Shown here: positions 54,597 to 64,000 of the stretch, in pieces
Layout of the letters: each line of letters opens with the position of its first letter
Numbering within the stretch: position 1 is the first letter of the stretch
Source of the DNA: an uncultured Chloroflexia bacterium
GTDB lineage: Bacteria > Chloroflexota > Limnocylindria > QHBO01
DNA: 64,000 nt
Reading direction: 5' to 3'
Assembly: GCA_963827475.1 (NCBI GenBank)
Contig: CAWHAZ010000005.1
Location: forward strand, 992,001 to 1,056,000
Notes under the pieces: generated by a model
The model's database searches: none
Told to the model about the DNA's origin: nothing
The model's input: the letters and a program-made list of their open reading frames with translations, nothing else
Made by a program: the position numbers and the translations under genes

Positions 54597-55889
54597 ATGA
54601 ACAAGAACGCCTCCCTTCTCCCAGCTCCGGATCGGCCCGTCCTGCACGTGGTCGAGGACCGGATCATCGTCAACAACCTCGAGCTGACCGATGCCGGCCT
54701 GGCCGGCTACGTCGCCGAGGTGCCAGAGCCCGAACGGCCGGGCCTCGCCGCCAACGCGCTCCGTGTGGGACTCCAGGCCCTCGCCCACGCCGGCACCGGC
54801 GCAAACGTCGACCTGGTGCGCGCCGAGTTCGGCCGGATGGTCGAGCAGATGGCAGCCACCCAGGCCCGCGCCGCCGAGGCACTGGACGCGTCCCTGCGTG
54901 CCGCATTCGCCGACGGCGAGGGAAAGCTGCCACGCACCCTGGAGGACTTCCTCGGTGACTCGGGCAAGCTCCAGCGGCTGACGGGGGCGCTGTTCGACCC
55001 GAATCGCCGGGACAGCGCCATCGGCCAGCTCAACGACACGTTGGGCAAGTACTTCGACGGCGACGGCTCCCGGCTGGCGCAGCTGCTGGATCCCACCCGG
55101 GAAGCGAGCCCGCTGTACCAGTTCCGGAACGAGGTCAGCGGGGAGTTCCGCTCACTCGGGGAGCGGATCACGGCACTGGAAGCCGCCAGTCGGGCCCGGG
55201 CGGACGAGCGAGCCCGCGGCACGGCCAAGGGCGTCGAGTTCGAGGACGAGGTGGAAGCCGGCCTGGCTGAGCTGGCCCGCGGCGTCGGGGACTTCCTCGA
55301 GCGCACCGGGACCGAAGCCGGAGACGCCCTGCGCTCCAAGAAGGGCGACTTCGTGCTCACCGTCGACCCCAGCCGGACCAATGGCCGAGAGCTGCGGGTC
55401 GTCATCGAGGCCAAGGACCGCTCGCTCAGTCGCCGCGTACTTGCGGAGGAGCTGACCGCGGCCCGGGCCAACCGGGGAGCGGCGATCGCGCTGGCGGTCT
55501 TCACTCCCGAACATGCGCCGGCCGGCGTATCCCCATTCGCCCTGGTCGGCTCGGACGTGTACGCGGTCTACGATCCGGAGGTGGATGGGGGCGTCGGCCT
55601 CGAAGCCGCCTTCCGGGTCGCCCGCGTCATGGCCCTCCTCACCCTGCGCGAGACCGGCGGCCAGGTGGACGTCGCCGCCATCGGTGAGGCCCTGCAAGAC
55701 GTCCAGTTCGCGGTGGACAACGTCCGGAAGATGAAGGCCCGCCTCACGACCATCGGATCGGCCGCGCAGGAAGTCTCGGGGCTGCTGGATGAGCTGCGCG
55801 AACGGGTCCTGTCATCGGTCCGCGACATCGACGATCTGGTCCGCGCCGTGGAGCCGCCCGCCGTGGAGCAGCTGCCGCTCTCGGCGTAG
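54597..55889 (+). CDS. Coiled-coil protein with PD-(D/E)xK nuclease-like domain (RmuC/DUF2130-like)
   Basis: Helical N- and C-terminal regions around KGVEFEDEV...KKGDFVL...VVIEAKDR. Confidence 0.7.
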   Translation: MNKNASLLPAPDRPVLHVVEDRIIVNNLELTDAGLAGYVAEVPEPERPGLAANALRVGLQALAHAGTGANVDLVRAEFGRMVEQMAATQARAAEALDASLRAAFADGEGKLPRTLEDFLGDSGKLQRLTGALFDPNRRDSAIGQLNDTLGKYFDGDGSRLAQLLDPTREASPLYQFRNEVSGEFRSLGERITALEAASRARADERARGTAKGVEFEDEVEAGLAELARGVGDFLERTGTEAGDALRSKKGDFVLTVDPSRTNGRELRVVIEAKDRSLSRRVLAEELTAARANRGAAIALAVFTPEHAPAGVSPFALVGSDVYAVYDPEVDGGVGLEAAFRVARVMALLTLRETGGQVDVAAIGEALQDVQFAVDNVRKMKARLTTIGSAAQEVSGLLDELRERVLSSVRDIDDLVRAVEPPAVEQLPLSA

Positions 55890-55935
55890 AGCCGCCCATG
55901 ACTCAGCTCGGCGTCCTCTCCCGCCGGGCATGACA

Positions 55936-55963
55936 AGAGCCCCGGCCTTGCGGCCGGGGCTCT
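55936..55963. terminator. GC-rich hairpin between convergent genes
   Basis: AGAGCCCCGGCC-TTGC-GGCCGGGGCTCT, GCAA tetraloop on the minus strand. Confidence 0.8.
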
Positions 55964-55979
55964 GTCGGAGCTGGGGCAG

Positions 55980-56468
55980 TCAGCGCGAACGCTGAATGTC
56001 AGGATCCGTATCCGTACCCGGGAACGTCTGGCGCTCCTCCTTCGGCAGGATGGACTCGTCGATGTCGTCCTCGACATCTTCCTCGGTCTTGTCGCCGACA
56101 CCGGCTCCCGCGCCGGCGCCGACAGCGCCACCGACCACGGCACCAGGAGGTCCAGCCACGGCGCCGCCAACAGCGGCCCCAATGACTGTGCCCGCGCCGG
56201 CGCCTGCACCCGCACCGGCCTCCTCGTCACCTTCGGTGGATTCGCCGATGGCCGCGCCTGCGGCTGCCCCGGCGACGCCACCGATCACGGCTCCAGGCGG
56301 GCCCGCGACCGCGCCACCCAGGGCGGCCCCGGCAAGGGCACCCCCGGCCGCCCCGACGGCCTCCGCGCCGCTCTCGTCGTCGGTCGTCTGGTTCGTTGTC
56401 CCCTTGAGGCCGTCGTCCTCGGGGTCCAGAGGCTGCTCCCCCAACTTGGGATCGTATGTGCGACTCAT
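55980..56468 (-). CDS. Acidic protein with two glycine-zipper repeats
   Basis: SD AAGGAG; two GGAVAGPPGAV(I/V)GG-centred GxxxG tracts. Confidence 0.8.
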   Translation of the reverse strand: MSRTYDPKLGEQPLDPEDDGLKGTTNQTTDDESGAEAVGAAGGALAGAALGGAVAGPPGAVIGGVAGAAAGAAIGESTEGDEEAGAGAGAGAGTVIGAAVGGAVAGPPGAVVGGAVGAGAGAGVGDKTEEDVEDDIDESILPKEERQTFPGTDTDPDIQRSR

Positions 56469-56843
56469 GTTGCCGCTCCTTCACTCTGGCCCAGCTAAGG
56501 TCGTGGGCCCGGGACACTGTCGTCGCAGTGCAATCTCGCGTCGGTGACGGCTCTCGTCTCCGGCATTCCATTCGCGTATCACCAGCGACATTCGCCGTGC
56601 GGCGGTCGGCGCGGAAACCGTTCGATCGATGGTCGACTTGTAGTCCGCAGGCCCGGCCATGTCACCTTTCGGCCGGATATCGCCTCTAGCGGGTCATGGA
56701 CAGTCGGATTGGGAATTGAATGCTGAGGCACTTCCGGGCCTCATACAGAGTGAACGCACGACCGCAGAAGGAAGGTCTCACCTGGAGTCAGCTCTTCTGG
56801 AACCCGCCACCCGGCACAGCCTGGACAGTTGAGGAGAAATCTC

Positions 56844-57332
56844 ATGACGACCAAGACAGCGCGCCAGGCGATTCGCAGTCCGTTCCTGGCGCTGGCGCTC
56901 TTCGCGCTACTGGCAGGTACGGTGCTTGCGACGCCTTCGAACCTCTTCGTTGGGACGCCGTTGGCGCGGGGAACCACGAGCGAGTCGGTGCATTTCAACA
57001 CCGGCGAGGTCAAATTTCAGACGAAGGGGCCGGTGCTGTTGGCCACGAACTCGGTCACGATCCAGCCTGGCGGCTCATCCGGGTGGCATTTCCACCCCGG
57101 TGTCACCCTGGTTAGCGTGGCCTCGGGCACCGTGGTCCGCTATGACGCCCACTGCATGGCCACCGTGTTTCCCGCAGGCACTGCGTTCATCGAGTCGGGC
57201 AACCACCCGCTCAACGTTCGCAACGAGGGCACCGAGCCGGCGGTCAACATCGTCACCTTCATCGTTGCGGCTGGGACGACAAATGCTGGCTTGCGGATCG
57301 ACAGTCCCAACCCCGGCTGTCCACAGAACTAG
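56844..57332 (+). CDS. Secreted cupin-domain protein
   Basis: SD GAGGAG, signal peptide ending VLA, PGGSSGWHFHPG and E...HPLNVRNEG cupin motifs. Confidence 0.88.
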   Translation: MTTKTARQAIRSPFLALALFALLAGTVLATPSNLFVGTPLARGTTSESVHFNTGEVKFQTKGPVLLATNSVTIQPGGSSGWHFHPGVTLVSVASGTVVRYDAHCMATVFPAGTAFIESGNHPLNVRNEGTEPAVNIVTFIVAAGTTNAGLRIDSPNPGCPQN

Positions 57333-57344
57333 GGATCCTGAGAA

Positions 57345-57379
57345 GGAGGCGGGCCCACGGACTGGAAGGCCCGCCTTCC
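57345..57379 (+). terminator. Hairpin downstream of the cupin gene
   Basis: AGGCGGGCC pairs with GGCCCGCCT. Confidence 0.5.
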
Positions 57380-57384
57380 GGAAT

Positions 57385-57420
57385 GGGTAGAGCCCCGGCC
57401 TCGCGGCCGGGGCTCTACCC
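57385..57420 (-). terminator. groEL terminator hairpin
   Basis: Perfect 16-bp stem GGGTAGAGCCCCGGCC-TCGC-GGCCGGGGCTCTACCC, GCGA tetraloop on the minus strand. Confidence 0.85.
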
Positions 57421-57436
57421 GTTGGATCGGAGTGGA

Positions 57437-59593
<2,157 letters not shown>

Positions 59594-59597
<4 letters not shown>

Positions 59598-60412
59598 GGC
59601 GAACCGATCGCACCGATGCGCCACAGGCGCTGGTAGGCGCCGCGCGTCGCGGCGCCTACGTCCTCCGGCTCCTCGCCGCGGAGGCGGGCAATCACCGCGG
59701 CGGTCCGCAGGACGGTGGTCGGTTCGTTGCGCTCGTCCTTCGAGACGCCGAGGTACGGGGAGTCGGTCTCGACCAGAAGGTTGGTCGGCGGGATGGCGGC
59801 CGCGGCGTCTCGTGGGCCGGTGTTCTTCGGGAAGCTGACCGGCAGCGCGAAGGAGATGAGGTAGCCGGCTCCAACCAGGGCCGCCGCCATCGCCGCGTCG
59901 CCGGAGAAGGCATGGAGGATGCCGGGCACCGCGGCTCCGTGCGTGGCGTGGTCGACGAGTGCGCCCGTCACCTCGGCGTGGGCCTCGCGATCGTGGACGA
60001 GGACCGGCTTCCGGACCCGCGCGGCCAGGTCCAGCTGGCGAGCCAGGGCGTCCCGCTGGACGTCCGGCGGGGAGAGGTTGCGATAGAAGTCCAGCCCGAT
60101 CTCCCCGACCGCGATGACACCGGGATCGGCGGCGAGAGCCTCCACCGCCGCCCAGTCGGCATCTGTGGCGGCTGCCACGTAATGAGGATGGATGCCGGCT
60201 GCCGCGTCGATGAGGTCGGGATGCCGTGCAGCCAGCGCAAGCGCGGCCTCGGACGACGCGCGGTCCCAACCCGGGACGAGCATTCGATCGATGCCGGCCG
60301 AACGGGCACGGTCCAGGACCGCATCGAGGTCGAGGGCGAATACCTCGTGCTGGAGGTGAGCGTGGGAATCGACGATCCCCGGCAGCCGCTCCGGGACGAC
60401 GAGGCGGCTCAG
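59594..60412 (-). CDS. tatD: TatD family deoxyribonuclease (start codon uncertain)
   Basis: DSHAHL, GIHPH, AVGEIGLDFY, HDREA, LVETDSPYL; follows metG. Confidence 0.93.
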
Positions 60413-62016
60413 GAGGCGGTTGCCTCGCCGGCCGGCTCCTCGGCCGCGGGTTCGTCCTCGATGCGCGGGAAGAGCGGAACGGGCGGGCCGGTCCGACGCT
60501 CCCCCGCCTCGGCGCCCCACGCCAGCAGGATGTCCAGGCCGGGGCCACCTATCCCACGGTGGTCGTATGGGGGCGGGGTCCCGACCTGGCGGAGGAGGTC
60601 AGCGGAGGCGGTGGGGCAGAACGGTGCGAGGAGGTGTCCGAGGATGCGACAGGCCTCACCCATCGTGGCCAGCACGACCGCCACGCGGTCCGACTCGCCC
60701 GCTTTGTGCAGCGCCCACGGGGCCTGAGACTCGGCATAGCCGTTCGCGGCCCGGGTGAGCGAGGAGAGGGCGTGCAGCGCCTCGTCGAAATGAAGACGCT
60801 CCACGGCAGCCCGGTAGTCGGCCACCGCACTCTCGGCCACCCGCTGGAGCTCCCCATCGGCATCGGTCTGGACGGAGTCCGGTCCGATCCCGGCCAGGTC
60901 CGGCAGGGTGCCGCCCAGATATCGGTCCGCCATGGAGACCGTCCGGTTCACGAGGTTGCCGAGGTCGTTGGCGAGGTCGGCGTTGTAGCGGCGGACCATT
61001 CCGTCAACGGTGACGTCGCCGTCGCGGTCGAACGAGATCTCGCGCAGGACGAGGTATCGCACACCGTCCACGCCAAAGGTCGCGATCGCCTGGTCCGGGT
61101 CGAGGATGTTGCCCCGCGTCTTGGACATCTTCTCGCCGCGCATGAGCATGAAGCCGTGGGCGAAGACCTTCCGCGGGAGCGGAAGGTCCGCGCTCATGAG
61201 CATCGCCGGCCAGTACAGGCAGTGGAAGCGGGTGATGTTCTTGCCGATGACGTGGACGTCGGCCGGCCACCAATGCTCGAACGCCTCCGGGTCCCCGGGA
61301 AAGCCGGCGCCGGTGACGTAGTTGGTGAGGGCGTCGAACCAAACGTAGATCCGATGCGCCTCGTCGCCGGGGAACGGGATCCCCCACCCCGTGCCCGACC
61401 GGCTCACCGAGAAGTCCTGGAGCCCTTCCGAGAGCCAGCCGAGGACCTCGTTGCGGAAGTGCTCCGGCTCGCAGAAGTCCGGATTCGACCGATAGAGCTC
61501 CTCGAGCGGCGCCTGGTACTTGCTCAGGGCGAAAAACCAGTTCTCCTCCTCCAGCCACTGGAGCTCGAGGGTGGGATGGTCCGGGCATCGTCCGTCGACG
61601 ATCTGCTGATCGGTCTTGAACTCGTTGTCGCCGGTGCAGTACCAGCCGGCGTACGTGCCGCGGTAGATGTCGCCGGCGGCCTGGGCGCGGCGGACCATTT
61701 CGATCGAGGCCTCCCGGTGGTCGGCGTCGGTGGTCCGGATGAATCGGTCGTAGCTGATGTCGAACTTGTCGAACCCGGCCTGCCAGTTGGCGGCCCAGCC
61801 GTCGACCAGCGCCCGCGGGTCCGTGTTGCGCTCCGAGGCGAGCCGCTCGACATTGGCCGAGTGCTCGTCCATGCCGGTCAGGAAGCGCACCTCTTTGCCT
61901 GTAAGCCGCTGGTAACGGGCCAGTACGTCGGCGCCGACCGCTTCGAACAGGGAGTGAAGGGCCGGTCCGGGGGTGGGATAGAAGATGGCGGTGGTGAGGT
62001 AGAACCGATCGGTCAC
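60409..62016 (-). CDS. metG: Methionyl-tRNA synthetase (short form, non-canonical HIGH motif)
   Basis: FYLTTAI, FLTGMDEH, FIRTT, YVWFDALTNY, IGKNITRFH, KMSKT, YNADLANDLGNL. Confidence 0.96.
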   Translation of the reverse strand: MTDRFYLTTAIFYPTPGPALHSLFEAVGADVLARYQRLTGKEVRFLTGMDEHSANVERLASERNTDPRALVDGWAANWQAGFDKFDISYDRFIRTTDADHREASIEMVRRAQAAGDIYRGTYAGWYCTGDNEFKTDQQIVDGRCPDHPTLELQWLEEENWFFALSKYQAPLEELYRSNPDFCEPEHFRNEVLGWLSEGLQDFSVSRSGTGWGIPFPGDEAHRIYVWFDALTNYVTGAGFPGDPEAFEHWWPADVHVIGKNITRFHCLYWPAMLMSADLPLPRKVFAHGFMLMRGEKMSKTRGNILDPDQAIATFGVDGVRYLVLREISFDRDGDVTVDGMVRRYNADLANDLGNLVNRTVSMADRYLGGTLPDLAGIGPDSVQTDADGELQRVAESAVADYRAAVERLHFDEALHALSSLTRAANGYAESQAPWALHKAGESDRVAVVLATMGEACRILGHLLAPFCPTASADLLRQVGTPPPYDHRGIGGPGLDILLAWGAEAGERRTGPPVPLFPRIEDEPAAEEPAGEATAS

Positions 62017-62819
62017 GCCGCCGTTTCCTCGGTTGGTCCGTCCGCCGGTGCCTCAGCCTCGCTCGCCGGCCCGTGAGGGCGTGCCTTTGGCCAGTACAGC
62101 TCCTTCCGGACCTGCTCGGGCGGGAATCCACGCTCGGTCGCGATCTCGTCGATGGCGGTGATCATGTCCGGGTTCCCGCAGAGATACAGCGTGGTGTTGG
62201 CGGCGGTCAGGCCACGGCGATCCAGCTCCGCCGCCACGACCGTTTCCACCCGACCCGTCAACCCGGTCCAGTTCGGGTTCTCGTTCGGTCGCGACACGGT
62301 CCCCGCGTAGTGGAGGGGCAGCCGCTGATCGACCTCGATCTCGGTCAGCCATTCCCGCCACGCCAGGTCGTGCTCGTGGCTCACGCCGTGGAGGAGATGG
62401 ATCTCGCGGGACTCCCCGGTGGCGAGCAAGGTCTCGATCATGCTCATGAACGGGGCGAGACCGGTCCCCGACGCGATGAACAGGCACTTCTTCCCGTCGT
62501 CCTGGAGGATGAACTTGCCCTTCGCGCCCTTCATGAACAGGGGATCACCGAGCTTGAGATCCCAGAAGAGTGGGGTGAACTCGCCCTCCGGGACGTGACG
62601 GATGAAGAACTCGTACTCGCTCAGGTCGGTGGATGGCGAGGAGATGGACATGGGCCGGAGGATCGTCTTCCCGTCGGGGAGGTCCAGCCCCAGGGTGTTG
62701 TACTGGCCCGGAAGGAACGGGAATGGCTCCGCGTCCAGGGCCACGGCGCAGATGACGAGACCGTCGGACACGACCTCCCATCGACTCAGCCGCGCGTTGT
62801 ACGGGTATCGCTCGCTCAT
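62013..62819 (-). CDS. Ferredoxin/flavodoxin-NADP+ reductase family protein
   Basis: FLPGQY, RPMSISS, IASGTGLAPF, YLCGNPDM, C-terminal ELYW. Confidence 0.92.
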   Translation of the reverse strand: MSERYPYNARLSRWEVVSDGLVICAVALDAEPFPFLPGQYNTLGLDLPDGKTILRPMSISSPSTDLSEYEFFIRHVPEGEFTPLFWDLKLGDPLFMKGAKGKFILQDDGKKCLFIASGTGLAPFMSMIETLLATGESREIHLLHGVSHEHDLAWREWLTEIEVDQRLPLHYAGTVSRPNENPNWTGLTGRVETVVAAELDRRGLTAANTTLYLCGNPDMITAIDEIATERGFPPEQVRKELYWPKARPHGPASEAEAPADGPTEETAA

Positions 62820-62831
62820 CGCCGTTCCGGA

Positions 62832-63207
62832 TCATCGCGGCGCGTCGGCGAGCCGCCCTGGGGGCGGACCGATGGCCGCGGGCGGCCAGTATATCGGCGC
62901 CGGCTGCGAACTCAGGCCGGGACCTTTCGCGAGCTCCGCTTCGATGCGCTCTTGCTCTGCCGATCGGCAGGCCCGGAATCCGCGACGCTTCAGGCGCGTG
63001 TCCTCTGGGTCGTGGGGCCACGCGCCGCCGTAGACCAGTGGGGTGCCGTTCGGCCCGGCGGCGGTGGCTTCCACGGTGGACGAGAACTCCGGCGTTTCGC
63101 CCTCGTCCTCGATCGTGAACGCCGTCACCGACCTGCGGGACGGCGGACTTATCCGCCTCCCGACAGAGAAGCTCGCCGCCGCGGTCGACGACCAGAATGA
63201 CCTTCAT
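62832..63207 (-). CDS. Hypothetical protein (apparent frameshift near 63122)
   Basis: MKVILVVDRGGELLC from ATG 63207 plausibly joins FTIEDEGETPEF; no family recognised. Confidence 0.45.
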
Positions 63208-63212
63208 CGGCG

Positions 63213-63678
63213 TCACCCGGACGACGAAGCCCTCGACCGATCCGCGCCACGCCCCGGTCGGCGCGCCGCGGGACTCGATGAACTCCTTGAAGCGCTTCAG
63301 GTCGCCCTCCACCGTTTGGTCGAGGACGCCGAGGAAGTCACCGAGATTCTCGATTGGCGTCTCCGGATCGACGTCCATCTCGAGCGTGATGCGTGTCACG
63401 CCGTCGGAGACGCGGTCGAAGCGCACGACTCCGGCGTTCCGCGCGCCGCTTGTGCTCGTCCACGCCACCATCTCATCCGGACGCTGGGCCACGATCCTTG
63501 CGTCCCAATCCTTTTGCTGCCCGGCGATCTCTGCCTTCCAGTGCAGGTGCGCATCGTCCAGCTGCTGGACCGACTTCACCCCTTCCATGAAGCGCGGGAA
63601 CTCCTCGAACTGCGTCCACTGGTCATATGCCACCCTGACAGGGACGTTGACCTCAAGGGTCTTCTCGACTCGGCTCAT
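63213..63678 (-). CDS. SRPBCC (polyketide cyclase-like) protein; 3' end uncertain
   Basis: SD GAGGAG; VPVRVAYDQWTQFEEFPRFM, DLKRFKEFIE, TGAWRG; likely stop TGA 63213-63215 is out of frame as assembled. Confidence 0.88.
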
Positions 63679-64000
63679 CAGATTCTCCTCGGCTTGGGCG
63701 GGGGCCTCTCGCAGCATCGGTGGCAGCTCGCGCTTCGGACGTAACGACCGCGAACGCCCACATTCCAGCTTGGTATCAACCGATAGCCGTCGCCATGTCC
63801 CGGCCGCGGCCCGACCTCGCCGAGGCGCCAAGGATTCTTGCTCGCCAGATCGAGTTACGGCTCGATGCGAACCGAGTCCGAGACTCGCTGGAAAGGCGCC
63901 AAGGAATCGGGGTCTTAGGCGACGGCGATCAGGAACCGGGCCCCATGCCCGTTCCGGTAGCGCCGGCTGGGGCTCATTGGTCCCCAGGGTCGTACGTCTC

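Noticed and set aside
56470-56843. Riboswitch (for example c-di-GMP-I) in the 375-bp spacer
   Set aside because: Several short hairpins but no recognisable conserved aptamer core; would need an Rfam scan.
62545-63831. 428-aa SRPBCC fusion protein
   Set aside because: Better explained as SRPBCC plus a separate gene joined by indel errors, then running off-frame into the FNR gene.

Overview
High-GC (roughly 70%, judged by eye) bacterial chromosomal window of core and accessory genes; gene content and style suggest Chloroflexota (Limnocylindria-like) or an actinobacterium-like lineage, which is an inference. A minus-strand housekeeping backbone (metG-tatD-groES-groEL ... pcrA ... ligA ... gatC-gatA ... 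gatB ... dnaE ... polA) is interleaved with hydrolases, transporters, two c-di-GMP enzymes, an ECF sigma/anti-sigma pair, a Rieske oxygenase/nitrilase cluster and tRNA-Leu(CAA). About two dozen genes, including essential ones, carry single-base frameshifts best explained as long-read assembly errors. I found no CRISPR array, integrase, transposase, prophage or rRNA. The most notable signals: (1) an ABC substrate-binding protein in which a conserved internal 21-aa strand-helix block appears relocated to the N-terminus; (2) pervasive leaderless promoter architecture (TANNNT exactly 6 nt before the start in 15 genes), including ultra-compact bidirectional promoters; (3) a MetRS whose HIGH motif reads ALHS; (4) a coiled-coil PD-(D/E)xK protein behind a PafBC/RecA-NDp-like promoter. 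No complete novel multi-gene system can be demonstrated from sequence alone.
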